Positions 29,322-39,763 of a stretch of 64,000 nt of DNA are shown here, in pieces (within the stretch, counting starts at the first letter, position 1; each line of letters begins with the position of its first letter). Under the pieces are notes generated by a model. It saw only the letters and a program-made list of their open reading frames with translations. It made no database searches and was not told the origin of the DNA. The stretch is from assembly GCA_944388755.1 (NCBI GenBank), contig CALXJY010000004.1, positions 563-64,562 of the forward strand, given 5' to 3'. The translations under genes were made by a program, and so were the position numbers. The DNA is from an uncultured Clostridia bacterium (GTDB lineage: Bacteria; Bacillota; Clostridia; TANB77; CAG-508).

Positions 29322-30647
29322 CTAATCTTTATCCTTTTTTTCTCTGACTAAAATCCTAATTGGTGTTCCTCTTAATCCAAATTCTTTTCTTATTTGATTA
29401 ACTAAATACCTTTCATATGAAAAATGGAATAAATCTTTATTATTTACAAAAATAACAAATGTTGGTGGCTTTGTTGATGCCTGTGTGCCATAAAGAATTT
29501 TTAATCTTTTTCCTTTGTCTGTTGGTGGTTGTACAATTGCAATGGCTTCATTTATAACTTGATTTAAAACAGATGTTGATACTCTAAGGGCATTTTGTTT
29601 TGCAACTTCATTTATCATATCAAACAGTTTCTCTACTCTTTGTCCAGTTTTTGCAGATATAAATATAATTGGTGCATATGATAAATAAGCTAATTTATTA
29701 TATATTTCTTTTTTATATTTTTCTAATGTTCCTGTCTCTTTTTCTATCTCATCCCATTTATTTACAACAATTATTATACCTTTTCCTGCCTCATGTGCTT
29801 CTCCTGCAATTTTAGTATCTTGTTCAGTAACCCCTTCATTTGCGTCTATAAGCATTAAACATACATCTGCTCTTTCAATTGCAAGCAAACTACGCATTAC
29901 ACTGTATTTTTCAATTCTTTCATTTACCTTACTTTTCTTTCTAATTCCTGCAGTGTCTATTAAAATATATTTACCTTTATCATTTTCAAAATAACTATCT
30001 ATTGCATCTCTTGTGGTTCCTGCAATATCACTTACAATTGTTCTATTTTCTCCCAAGATTTTATTTATTAATGAAGACTTCCCAACATTTGGTTTTCCTA
30101 TAACAGCTACTCTTATATAATCCTCATCTTCTTCATCACTATCTTTTGGTGGCAAATGTTCATAGACAGCATCTAGTACATCTCCTATTCCTATCGCATT
30201 TGTTGAAGATATTGCATGAGGTTCTCCTATTCCTAAATTATAAAATTCATAAATATTTTCTTTATCTTTTTCATAATTATCTGCTTTGTTACAAACTAAA
30301 ACAATTGGTTTATTTGATTTTCTAAGCATCAATGTTATTTCATGATCTGCTGAAGTTACACCTTGTCTTATATCTGTTAAAAAAATTATTACATCTGCAA
30401 CTTCAATTGCTAGATTTGCTTGTTCTCTCATTTGGGATAATATTATATCTTCTGATTCAGGCTCGATTCCTCCTGTATCTATCAATGTAAAGTTTCTGTC
30501 TCTCCAGTTTGTCTCTGCATATACTCTGTCTCTTGTTACACCAGGTGTGTCTTCCACTATTGATATTCTATTCCCTGCTAAATAATTAAAAAATGTGGAT
30601 TTTCCAACATTTGGTCTTCCTATTATTGCGACTATTGGTTTAGACAT
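29322..30647 (-). CDS. der: ribosome biogenesis GTPase Der (EngA)
   Basis: Two G domains (GRPNVGKST and GKPNVGKSS) plus a KH-like C-terminus. Start set at MSKPIVAI after a GGAGG RBS. Confidence 0.92.
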   Translation of the reverse strand: MSKPIVAIIGRPNVGKSTFFNYLAGNRISIVEDTPGVTRDRVYAETNWRDRNFTLIDTGGIEPESEDIILSQMREQANLAIEVADVIIFLTDIRQGVTSADHEITLMLRKSNKPIVLVCNKADNYEKDKENIYEFYNLGIGEPHAISSTNAIGIGDVLDAVYEHLPPKDSDEEDEDYIRVAVIGKPNVGKSSLINKILGENRTIVSDIAGTTRDAIDSYFENDKGKYILIDTAGIRKKSKVNERIEKYSVMRSLLAIERADVCLMLIDANEGVTEQDTKIAGEAHEAGKGIIIVVNKWDEIEKETGTLEKYKKEIYNKLAYLSYAPIIFISAKTGQRVEKLFDMINEVAKQNALRVSTSVLNQVINEAIAIVQPPTDKGKRLKILYGTQASTKPPTFVIFVNNKDLFHFSYERYLVNQIRKEFGLRGTPIRILVREKKDKD

Positions 30648-30760
30648 GTTTTTCCTCCATTCTTTTTTGATCATTTTCCAAATTATATATCAAAACAAAA
30701 AAGAAGTCAATTATTTTGACCCCTCTAATTCTTGATTTACTATGCATATTTATATAAGAT

Positions 30761-30964
30761 TTATGCAAGTCCATATTTTTTCTTAAATTTATCTGCTCTT
30801 CCGCCAGCTGTTTCTTGTCTTAAATTTCCTGTCCAAAATGGGTGACATTTTGAGCAAATATCTACTTTTATATCTTTTTTTGTTGAGCCTACTTCTAATA
30901 TATTTCCGCATGCACATGTTATTGTTGTTTGTTTATTGTAATTTGGATGTATTCCTTCTTTCAC
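30761..30964 (-). CDS. rpmE: 50S ribosomal protein L31
   Basis: [23 protein letters not shown]. Confidence 0.92.
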   Translation of the reverse strand: MKEGIHPNYNKQTTITCACGNILEVGSTKKDIKVDICSKCHPFWTGNLRQETAGGRADKFKKKYGLA

Positions 30965-31045
30965 ATTAATTCACCTCTTTTTCCTTTTTTTAACTAGTCT
31001 GTTTTTTATAATAACATATTTTTACTTGTTTTTCAAGTATATATT

Positions 31046-31234
31046 TTAATTTTTTTCATTTTCACTATTTTCATCATGTTGAATTGCATATATAGCAGAA
31101 TATATCATCTCTTTATTTAATGATAATTTATTTACTAGTTTACCCATTATATTAAATACACATGCAATAATTAATATTAATAAACCTATTTTTTTCCAAT
31201 ATTTTGCTAACATATGCTCACTTCCCTTTTTCAA
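31046..31234 (-). CDS. small hypothetical membrane protein
   Basis: 62-aa ORF with one hydrophobic helix (IGLLILIIACVFNIMG). Confidence 0.3.
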   Translation of the reverse strand: MKKGSEHMLAKYWKKIGLLILIIACVFNIMGKLVNKLSLNKEMIYSAIYAIQHDENSENEKN

Positions 31235-31272
31235 CTATCACTTTAATATTATACATTTTTTTTAGTAAATTG

Positions 31273-32913
31273 TCAATATTTAAAATCTCCTCCTCCTAAA
31301 AATTCTTTTATTAAAGAATTACCAGGGATTTGCTCATTTGGTATTGGTTCAAAATACTTTAGTGTTTCTAGCAATCTCTTTGCTTCTGCATACTCTTTTT
31401 CTGTGTTTTTTATTGCTTTTAGTAATGGCTCTGCTGTTGATTTTAGAGCATTTAATTCATATATTAATGATGTATTAAACATTTTGTCTGCTTCTTCTTG
31501 GTATGGGAAAATGTTTCTTTCCTCTCCATCATTTACTTTATGCCATGTACTTAGTGTATGTTTTGCAGAATACCCTCTAAATTGATAGTCTCTTACTATT
31601 CTTCTAATTAGTCTTGTATCTGTTGTAGATATTCGATTATATCTATCCATATTTAAAACCGTTAATGCACTTATATAAATTTTATATTTTTCTTCTTTAG
31701 AAATTTGGCTTGTTAATTTATCATTTAAACAGTGTATACCTTCTATAACTAGAACCTCATTTTCTTTTAGTTTTAATTTGTCTCCTAAATATCTTTTTGT
31801 TCCAACATGAAAGTCAAATTTTGGAATTTCCACTTCTTCTCCATTTAATAATTGTACTAAATGTTTATTAAATAGTTTTAAGTCTATTGCTTCTATATTT
31901 TCAAAATCGTAATCTCCATTACTATCTCTTGGAGTATCTTGTCTTTCTACAAAATAGTTATCAACAGAGATTGTTACAGGTTTTATTCCGTTTAACTGAA
32001 GTTGTATGCCTAGCCTTTGAGCAAAAGTTGTTTTACCTGATGAAGATGGACCTGCAATTAATATCATTTTTATGTTTTTCTTTTTTGTTATATCATCTGC
32101 AATCATTGCAATCTTTTTTTCATGCAATGCTTCAGCAAGCATAATGACTTCTTTCATTCTATTTTCTTTTATTGCCATATTTAGTTTATATACAGTATCC
32201 ATATTTAATATTTTATGTATTCTTTCAAATTCTTCTAATGCCCAAGATAATTTTTTTGTAGGTTTGAATGGTTGTATTTTACTTGGATCTTTTGAGCTTG
32301 GATATCTTATTAAAAATCCATCACAATATTTTTCAATTTCAAATTTTTCTATTATTCCTGTTTTATTTGCTAGTGTTCCATAACAATAATTATAATAATC
32401 TTCACAATAATACATATATATTTTTTCATTATCTTTTAAGTCATATTGTAATCTGCCTTTTGATGTATCTGTTTTTTCATAAAATTCTTTTGCTTGTACT
32501 CTTGTCATTGTAACTTTTTTTATTTTTAAATCTTTTTTTACTATATTTTCTATTTCTTCTGATAGCTTCTTCATGAATTCTTGTGTTATCTTCATATCTT
32601 CTAAAGTACAGAACATGGCATTTCCTAATTGATATTCTACTGTAAGTTTTTGTTTTGGATATAACTTTTCAAAAGCTTTTCCCATAATATATACCAGTGT
32701 TCTTACATATATCTTCATACCTTCTCTTGAATGAACATCTATTAGCTCTACTGTGCCATCATCTTCTATTTCATATTCTAGATTTTGATATTCATTATTA
32801 TATATACATCCTACAACAGTGTATTTACTTTCTTTGATTTCCTTTGCTAATAAGTCTTTAACTTTAGTATTTTCTTTTAAATATAATTCTTTTCCTTCAT
32901 ATATAATTTTCAT
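31273..32913 (-). CDS. nucleoside (uridine-type) kinase with an N-terminal TGS/ThrRS-SAD-like extension
   Basis: P-loop IAGPSSSGKTTFAQRL with a PRK/uridine-kinase C-terminal half, and a ~250-aa N-terminal extension. Confidence 0.7.
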   Translation of the reverse strand: MKIIYEGKELYLKENTKVKDLLAKEIKESKYTVVGCIYNNEYQNLEYEIEDDGTVELIDVHSREGMKIYVRTLVYIMGKAFEKLYPKQKLTVEYQLGNAMFCTLEDMKITQEFMKKLSEEIENIVKKDLKIKKVTMTRVQAKEFYEKTDTSKGRLQYDLKDNEKIYMYYCEDYYNYCYGTLANKTGIIEKFEIEKYCDGFLIRYPSSKDPSKIQPFKPTKKLSWALEEFERIHKILNMDTVYKLNMAIKENRMKEVIMLAEALHEKKIAMIADDITKKKNIKMILIAGPSSSGKTTFAQRLGIQLQLNGIKPVTISVDNYFVERQDTPRDSNGDYDFENIEAIDLKLFNKHLVQLLNGEEVEIPKFDFHVGTKRYLGDKLKLKENEVLVIEGIHCLNDKLTSQISKEEKYKIYISALTVLNMDRYNRISTTDTRLIRRIVRDYQFRGYSAKHTLSTWHKVNDGEERNIFPYQEEADKMFNTSLIYELNALKSTAEPLLKAIKNTEKEYAEAKRLLETLKYFEPIPNEQIPGNSLIKEFLGGGDFKY

Positions 32914-33108
32914 ATGTTCCTCCTTTGTTAAACTGTAATAATATTTTATCTTAGTTAAGAAAATAAGTCAAGATAGTTTTTTAATCTAAAATATTGATAT
33001 TATAGGAAAATCTCTGATTTCCCCTATAATAGATTTTTAATAGATAAAAAGACGATTCTAAATGGTATAATAAGCTACCAAACAGAAACGTCTAAAATCG
33101 CATAAATT

Positions 33109-33957
33109 TTAATTGTTTATATATATACTAGGATCTACTTGGATACTATCTTTAAGTATTTCAAAATGTAGATGTGGTTCATCTGCGCTTTCAAATACTG
33201 CTGTATTTCCAACTGTTCCAAGGCTTTGCCCTTTTTCTACTTTTTCATTTTCTACTACAAATTCTGATGTAAGTAAATTAGAATAAACTGTTTCAAATCC
33301 ATTTTCGTGTTCAACTACAATTGTTAAACCATACCTAGGATCATTTTTTATACTTTTTACAGTTCCTGCTTCTGCTGATTTTACGACAGTCGTCTTGTCT
33401 GCTTTTATATCGATTCCTGTATGAACAGTCCATTCTTGTAATGTTTCTGAAAATATAAGATTATCTTTGGCAAATTCTTTTACAATTTCTCCTTCTACTG
33501 GCTTTTGGAAACTTAGTTCTACTGTTTTTGTTTCTTCTTTGGCAGTATTAGTTTGTTTTTCTATTTCGTTTGTTTTTGATGTTTCATTTGCATTTGTTGT
33601 TATTGTATTTGAATTAGAAGTGTTTTCTGTATTTTTTGTTGTATTATTTGTATTATTATTTGAGTTAGTATTAGTACTTGTATTTGTAACTGTATTTCCT
33701 ATTTCATTTTTAGCTTCATTTACTGATTTACCTATATCTATACTTGCTTCTTCTGAATCAGATTCATTTGATGAATTTGTTAAACTTGCCATTTGTTCAC
33801 TGCTTAATGAACCTTGTTTTTCCTCGTTTTCTAAACTTGCACTATAGATAAATATTGCAATTACTATAACTGCTAAAACTCCAACCGCAATTGCCAAATA
33901 TTTTATAATTTTATTTCCAGTCTCTTCATTAAATTTGTTTCTTGAATCTCTTATCAT
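33109..33957 (-). CDS. spoIIQ: membrane-anchored M23/LytM peptidase-domain protein, likely stage II sporulation protein Q
   Basis: N-terminal TM helix, an S/T/N-rich linker and a LytM domain with intact HTGIDI and HLHFEI motifs. It lies directly downstream of spoIID, as in Clostridioides. Start set at MIRDSRNK after an AAGGAGG RBS. Confidence 0.55.
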   Translation of the reverse strand: MIRDSRNKFNEETGNKIIKYLAIAVGVLAVIVIAIFIYSASLENEEKQGSLSSEQMASLTNSSNESDSEEASIDIGKSVNEAKNEIGNTVTNTSTNTNSNNNTNNTTKNTENTSNSNTITTNANETSKTNEIEKQTNTAKEETKTVELSFQKPVEGEIVKEFAKDNLIFSETLQEWTVHTGIDIKADKTTVVKSAEAGTVKSIKNDPRYGLTIVVEHENGFETVYSNLLTSEFVVENEKVEKGQSLGTVGNTAVFESADEPHLHFEILKDSIQVDPSIYINN

Positions 33958-34031
33958 AATTTTCCTCCTTAATAATAATGTTATTACCATTATTTCCGTT
34001 TTAAGGAAATTTATACATAAGAAATTTAATT

Positions 34032-35022
34032 CTAAGTCAAATTTGTAATCTCTACATTTGCATAAAAATGATGTATTATATCTTCATAACTTTTTCCCTG
34101 TTTTGCTAAACTATCTGCACCTGTTTGACTCATACCAACTCCATGTCCATATCCTTTTACTTTAAAAGTAATTTTTCCATCTTGTTTTATAATTTCAAAA
34201 TTAGTAGATCTAAGTCCAAAAATGCTTCTAGTTTCTACTCCTGATAAATTATGATTTCCAAATTTTATTGTTTTTACCCTATTACTTTCTGTATATTCTA
34301 ATATTTTAATATCATCTGTCTCAAAATTTATGCTTATATCTGAATATTTTTCCTTTAATTTATTTAAAACTTCATCATATGTTAATGTAACTTCAGATGC
34401 ATATTGACTATATCCATCTTCTCCGAGCAGTTTCTACCACTTGTAGGTATGGGAAATTTGTTCCTCCCCATACATTTATTGGTATTTCAGTAGTTCCACC
34501 ACTATTAGAATGGAAAAAGGCATTTATTGGTTTATTATCATATGTAATTATTTTATCTACTGTTTCTCTTACAGCTGTTTCTATTTTTTGCCAGTTTTCC
34601 TCTCTTTTGCTTTCTTCCCATTTGGCTAATCTGTCTTCTTTAGAAATCCATGCTTGGCAACAACTACTTTTATCACATATATCTGCATTATCATGTTTTT
34701 TATTTTGCACTTTATATATTGTGTATGTTCTTGCTACAGTCGCTTGTGCTTTTAGAGCTTCTAGTTCAAAATCTGCTGGCATCTCTGCTGATACAACATT
34801 ACATAAATATTCTTCCAGGTTTACTTCTTCTACTTCTCCTGTATCTTGATGTAATAATTTTATTTTGGAATATTGTGTATTTGAGCCTTGTATTGGTTGT
34901 TCTTGAATTTCTGTTTCTGTTTGTTCGGTTGTAGTTATTGTTTTTGTTGTTTTTGTAAAAATTGCAGGTAAAATAAAGCAGATGCTTATAAGTGCAATAA
35001 TATAAACTAAAATTTTTTTCAT
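34032..35022 (-). CDS. spoIID: stage II sporulation protein D, split by one extra nucleotide (+1 break at CGG 34423-34425)
   Basis: The track ORF ends ..NSGGTTEIPINVWGGTNFPYLQVVETA-RRRWI*. The next frame continues GEDGYSQYASEV..KVKGYGHGVGMSQTGADSLAKQG..NLT*. Skipping base 34425 gives a 329-aa SpoIID. Confidence 0.88.
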
Positions 35023-35038
35023 ATAACCTCCTGCTTTT

Positions 35039-35770
35039 TTAGCTGACATCTACTAAAATATTTTTCATTTTTTGTAGTATTTTTTTCTCTGCTCTTGAAA
35101 CCTGTACTTGACTTACACCTAATATTTTAGCGACTTCACTTTGAGTCTTTTCTTTAAAAAATCTAAGCATAATTATTTTTCTATCTTTTGGTTCTAACTT
35201 ACTAATAGCATCTTTTAATGCTATTTTGTTTGTTATTATATCTTCATAATTATCTTCAGTTGATATTTTTTCTATTAAAGATATTGATTTTTCTCCTTTT
35301 TCAGACTTATATGTGTTATCAATAGATTCTACTGGTCTACTTGCTTCTAATGCTATTGCTATGTCTTCTTTTGAAATTTTTAATTTTTTTGACAGTTCTT
35401 CTATTGTTATATCCTCTTCATTTTTGTTTTTATACTCTTCTTGTAATTGTTTTATTCTTACTTGTAACTCTTTAATACTTCTACTTACTTTTATTGCTCC
35501 ATTATCTCTTATATGTCTTTTTATCTCTCCTAGTACATATGGTACTGTGTATGTTGAAAGTTTTACATCAAAACTTGTGTCAAATCTTTTTATTGATTTT
35601 ATAAATCCAACACATCCTATTTGATATAAATCTTCTAATTCAAAGCCTCTTCCACTAAATCTTTTTACTATACTCCATATTAATCCACTATTTTGTCTTA
35701 TAAGTCTTTCCATTTCAAACTTATCGCCTTCTTGGGCTTTTTTTATAGAATTATTATCGTTTTCAAACAT
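35039..35770 (-). CDS. sigF: RNA polymerase sporulation sigma factor SigF
   Basis: Sigma-70 regions 2-4 (LIWSIVKRF..DLYQIGCVGFIKSIKRFD..TQSEVAKILGVSQVQVSRAEKK). Third gene of the spoIIA operon. Confidence 0.9.
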   Translation of the reverse strand: MFENDNNSIKKAQEGDKFEMERLIRQNSGLIWSIVKRFSGRGFELEDLYQIGCVGFIKSIKRFDTSFDVKLSTYTVPYVLGEIKRHIRDNGAIKVSRSIKELQVRIKQLQEEYKNKNEEDITIEELSKKLKISKEDIAIALEASRPVESIDNTYKSEKGEKSISLIEKISTEDNYEDIITNKIALKDAISKLEPKDRKIIMLRFFKEKTQSEVAKILGVSQVQVSRAEKKILQKMKNILVDVS

Positions 35771-35820
35771 ATTTTTATCCTCTGTTTTGTATTTAAATTA
35801 ATATGTGTTTTTTCACATTT

Positions 35821-36300
35821 TTATGTATTTAAAATTGTATAAGTGTCCTCTTCACTTTCTTTTTTTTCATGGCTTTTTATTTTTTTACTCATAGTTATTT
35901 TTGTTCCTAATCCTACAATTGATTCAATATTTACTGAGTCCATAAAGCTTTCCATTATTGTAAATCCCATTCCTGATCTTTCTAAATTTGGCTTTGTTGT
36001 ATATAATGGTTCTTTTGCTATTTCTATATTCTCTATTCCTTTTCCATTATCTGATATTTCTATTATTATTTCTTTTTCTTTTAATTTTGCATATATTTTT
36101 ACAATGCCGATTCTGTTTTCATATCCATGTATTATACAATTTGTAACAGCTTCTGAAACTGCTGTTTTGATATCTGCTAATTCTTCTATTGTAGGGTCTA
36201 ATTGTGAAGCAAATGCTGCAACTGTTAGTCTTGCAAATGCCTCATTACTTGATTTACTTAGAAATTCTAGTCTCATTTCATTTTCAACTTGTTCTTTCAT
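35821..36300 (-). CDS. spoIIAB: anti-sigma F factor (serine kinase) SpoIIAB
   Basis: HATPase_c motifs [28 protein letters not shown]. Confidence 0.9.
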   Translation of the reverse strand: MKEQVENEMRLEFLSKSSNEAFARLTVAAFASQLDPTIEELADIKTAVSEAVTNCIIHGYENRIGIVKIYAKLKEKEIIIEISDNGKGIENIEIAKEPLYTTKPNLERSGMGFTIMESFMDSVNIESIVGLGTKITMSKKIKSHEKKESEEDTYTILNT

Positions 36301-36353
36301 AATTTTTTTGTTCCTTTTTTTGTATTTAGATTTTTATGGAATCTATAAACCAT

Positions 36354-36689
36354 TTAACTTGCTGTACTTTCTTGAAGTGATGTTACTGAAATTAATTTTA
36401 ATACACCACTCATTTCAAATATTTTTTTTACACTTTGCGTTAAATTTGCTATTTCTAGTGTTACTCCTAACATGTTTGCAAATTTATACCTTCCTATTAA
36501 AAATCCTATTCCTGCACTATCCATGAAAGTGACACTATTAAAATCAAATATAACTCTTTTAGGCATATATCTTTCAATTTCATAATCTGCTCTCCTCCTT
36601 ATCTTTTGTACACTATGGTCATCAATTTCTTCTGATATTTTAAATACTAGTAACTTGTCCTTCTCATAAAATTTTGATTCCATATTCAT
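36354..36689 (-). CDS. spoIIAA: anti-sigma F factor antagonist SpoIIAA
   Basis: STAS domain with the phospho-serine motif FMDSAGIGFLIGRY. Confidence 0.88.
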   Translation of the reverse strand: MNMESKFYEKDKLLVFKISEEIDDHSVQKIRRRADYEIERYMPKRVIFDFNSVTFMDSAGIGFLIGRYKFANMLGVTLEIANLTQSVKKIFEMSGVLKLISVTSLQESTAS

Positions 36690-36761
36690 CTTCCTTTCGT
36701 TTTTTCGTTATTATTATATATCCATTTACATTTTTTTCCAAGAGTGAAACTATAGAAGTTT

Positions 36762-36787
36762 TGTCGAAGTTTGATAAGTTTTCGACA
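36762..36787 (-). promoter_or_regulatory. pair of inverted Spo0A boxes (TGTCGAA..N12..TTCGACA) upstream of spoIIAA
   Basis: Exact matches to the 0A-box consensus TGNCGAA at 36762-36768 and, in inverted orientation, at 36781-36787, about 75-100 nt upstream of the spoIIAA start. Confidence 0.6.
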
Positions 36788-36955
36788 ATATTCTACGGTA
36801 GAATTAATAGTGCTTTAATTGCTTTATTATAAATACATAATTTTATATATTATGAAGCCTTAATAATTTGCAATAACTTTAACTTTCTTCTTTAGCTTTC
36901 CGTTAATTTGCTCTGTGTCAAATTTATGTAATAAATTTGTGTGCAATGTGTTTTA

Positions 36956-36992
36956 TCTATTAAGAAAGTCAGCATGACTTTCTTAATAGATA
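36956..36992. other. perfect 17-bp-stem, 3-nt-loop hairpin
   Basis: atctattaagaaagtca gca tgactttcttaatagat. Confidence 0.7.
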
Positions 36993-36995
36993 AAG

Positions 36996-37030
36996 AAAAA
37001 GGAGCAAGTTTTTAGCTTACTCCTTTTGGC
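36996..37030 (-). terminator. rho-independent terminator of the 128-aa ORF
   Basis: Stem ggagcaag/cttactcc followed by a T-run on the minus strand. Confidence 0.55.
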
Positions 37031-37042
37031 AAGAGTATACTC

Positions 37043-37429
37043 TTACCATGTTTTTCCTAGAATTATTTTTTCAGTTAACAGTTCCTGGTCACATGTACAG
37101 TCACCGCGATGTATTGGCATAAAGCGGTCTTTATTTACATGTCCTATTCCCATTCTTGTCCATGGGTTATCATTTCTCTTTACATTGAGAATTCGAACTT
37201 CTTTTCCTATAAGCTCTGTACTCTTTTTGATTTCCAGGATATCAAAAAGTCTCACAACTGCTAAGGCCTTTGTTTTAATGCCTTTTGTTTCATTTAACGG
37301 ATATGTTATTTTATATCCGTTTTCAAATTCAATTGTGAGCTCTAATACGAGTTCATCTGCAGAACTAATTACTACATATTCATCCCGTATTTTTAATTTT
37401 GTTATTTTCTTTCTGAATTCTGTTCTCAT
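37043..37429 (-). CDS. hypothetical protein (128 aa), visibly GC-richer
   Basis: Uninterrupted ORF with no recognised family. Contains an in-frame CGG at 37385-37387. Confidence 0.45.
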   Translation of the reverse strand: MRTEFRKKITKLKIRDEYVVISSADELVLELTIEFENGYKITYPLNETKGIKTKALAVVRLFDILEIKKSTELIGKEVRILNVKRNDNPWTRMGIGHVNKDRFMPIHRGDCTCDQELLTEKIILGKTW

Positions 37430-37512
37430 CTCTGTCCTCCTAGGAATTCATTTATTTTGGAAACCTGTTCCAATAATTTTATTTTAACACAATTTTACAT
37501 AAAATTCAAGTA

Positions 37513-38147
37513 TTAAATTTCATCATCTTCATCAGCTGTCTCATCATATTCAAATTCATAACTTACTTCATCAGGTATACTTTCTTTTGTTCTATGCACT
37601 TTTTTGACAACATTATCAACGTTTTCTTTGATATTTTCTTCTACTTTAATATGTTTATTTTCTTTTGTATTTTTATTTTCTTTTTTAGTCATTTGATTTA
37701 AAATTTTTTCTGTTTGTTCTTTTTTATTTTTTATACAGCAATTCATCATGTTATTAGCTTTTTCTATTATGTCTGGTATATAGTCAAATAACCTATCTAT
37801 ACTTGATGAATGTTCGACAGGTATTAATCTTACATTTTCATTTGTTATTACCAAAAATGCTATAGGATTTATACTTACTCCTGCTCCGACTTCCGTCCTC
37901 CAAATGGCAATCTATATTGTATTGCCTCTTCTTTTTCTACTTTTTTGTATTCATCAATTGTCTCTCCTTTAAATTCACTCCCACCTGCTGCAAATCCAAA
38001 AGAAACCTTTGATATAGGTATTATTACTATGTTGTTTGATGTTTCTATAGGTTCTCCTATAATAGTATTTACATCAATCATATCTTGGATACTATTCATT
38101 GCAGTAGTCATAAGTCCTTCAATTGGATGTTCATTCATGTACATCAT
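37513..38147 (-). CDS. ytfJ: sporulation protein YtfJ, interrupted by two +1 breaks at CGG codons 7 nt apart (37893-37895 and 37886-37888)
   Basis: N-terminal HPIEGLMTTAMNSIQDMIDVNTIIGEPI..SKVSFGFAAGGSEFKG ends ..LPFGG-RKSEQE*. The third frame carries ..VITNENVRLIPVEHSSSIDRLFDYIPDII. Skipping bases 37895 and 37888 gives LPFGGGSGAGVSINPIAFLVITNENV. Confidence 0.85.
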
Positions 38148-38206
38148 CTCTCCTTTCCATATATATGATGTACACTTTTTTTTATTTTAAACAATAAATT
38201 AAATAT

Positions 38207-38884
38207 TTAAATCCTATTTAAAGCATTTTTATGAATTTTAATATTATCTTTGCTTTTTGGTAATATAAATTCTTTATAATAAACAGATGTTGCACTTAGT
38301 ATATTAATAAATTTAACTTCTAACTCGCTATATAATTTTATTTTTATAATATTATCATTTATATATACAGGAGAAATCTTAAATATTTTGTTATCTATAT
38401 TTTTTTGTGTTTTTACCAATAATATTATAATAACTGTACTGATTGTTGGGATTATAAATGATGTTAATATTGGGCTTTTAGTTCCGAGTTCTATTTTTAG
38501 ATTTAAAGAGTTTATATCTATTTTGATTGTTTTTAATAATATTGGAATATATTTTTTTAAATTGTATTTTCTTTGTAAATTTATTAATTCTTGCTCATTT
38601 ATCTTTTCTTTTAATTTTTCTTCTATATGTGTTTTATTATTTATTTTTTCTAATTTTTTCTTATTTAAAGTTATTTTGAATATTGGTATAATATTTAATG
38701 TATATATTATGATTTTAATTTTGTAATCTGTATTATAATGTGTTTCTATGTCTTGTCCATTTATGTTCTTTTCTAAGTGTTTATGTGAATTATATTCTAA
38801 ATTTTCAATCTTAATTTTAAATTTTATAGACATTATTAATAAAAATAGAAAAACTATAATTAACATTATTACTAGGAATAGCAT
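38207..38884 (-). CDS. DUF2953-like (YtfI-like) sporulation membrane protein
   Basis: N-terminal TM helix and a K/I/N-rich body. It sits immediately upstream of ytfJ, as in the ytfI-ytfJ pair. Confidence 0.45.
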   Translation of the reverse strand: MLFLVIMLIIVFLFLLIMSIKFKIKIENLEYNSHKHLEKNINGQDIETHYNTDYKIKIIIYTLNIIPIFKITLNKKKLEKINNKTHIEEKLKEKINEQELINLQRKYNLKKYIPILLKTIKIDINSLNLKIELGTKSPILTSFIIPTISTVIIILLVKTQKNIDNKIFKISPVYINDNIIKIKLYSELEVKFINILSATSVYYKEFILPKSKDNIKIHKNALNRI

Positions 38885-38947
38885 TTTTATCTCCTTCTTC
38901 CTTAGTTTGTTTATAATAGTTTTTCCATTTTTTGTTTTTTTTAAACA

Positions 38948-39691
38948 TTAATTTTTCTCTACATAGATATCTCCAAAAGTTTTTTCTTGATTTGTTTTTA
39001 TTTTATTTCTTCTAGATAGTTCTAATAAACCACTAAATGCTGTTACAACCTCTTGCTTATCTTTCTGTTTTATTGAAAACATTTTGTTAAATACAAATTT
39101 TCTTTGTTTTACTAATACTTTAAGCATTTCTTTTACTTTACTTGCTACTGTATAATTATCTACTAATGCTATTTTATCTATGTTTTTCGCATTTTGATTT
39201 AATCTTTGGCTAGTTCTGTTTAATAAGTCTTTGTATATATTCGAAATTATTTCTGATGTGTATTTTTTTTCTAATTGTTTTTTTGGTAATGTTATATTTT
39301 CCGGATTTTTTGTGATTCTTTTTGAATATATTAAATAGTTTTCCTTAAATTTAGCACTCATTTCCTTATACTTTTTATATTCTATAATTCTTCTAATAAG
39401 CTCTTCTTCTGTTAATTCTTCTGTTTCTTCTTCTTGTTTTGGCAAAAGCTTCTTAGATTTTAAATATAGTAGTGAAGATGCCATAACTAAAAACTCACTT
39501 GCAATTTCAAGATTTAGTTTATCCATTTGATTTAGATATTCTATATATTGCTCTGTTATTTCTGTTAGATTTATATCATATATATCCATTTTATTTTTTT
39601 CTATTAGATATATTAATAAATCTAATGGTCCTTCAAATTTATCAATTTTTATTAAATATTTCTTGCTTTCTAGTGTTAATATGCTTGGCAT
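38948..39691 (-). CDS. scpA: segregation and condensation protein A
   Basis: KIDKFEGPLDLLIYLIEKNKMDIYDINLTEITEQYIEYL is the ScpA N-terminal signature. Confidence 0.85.
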   Translation of the reverse strand: MPSILTLESKKYLIKIDKFEGPLDLLIYLIEKNKMDIYDINLTEITEQYIEYLNQMDKLNLEIASEFLVMASSLLYLKSKKLLPKQEEETEELTEEELIRRIIEYKKYKEMSAKFKENYLIYSKRITKNPENITLPKKQLEKKYTSEIISNIYKDLLNRTSQRLNQNAKNIDKIALVDNYTVASKVKEMLKVLVKQRKFVFNKMFSIKQKDKQEVVTAFSGLLELSRRNKIKTNQEKTFGDIYVEKN

Positions 39692-39763
39692 TATATTTTC
39701 TCCTTTTATTTGTTTTTTACAAGGTTAAGCTTCTTATATCTGTGTAATAATTGTGAAGCAATT

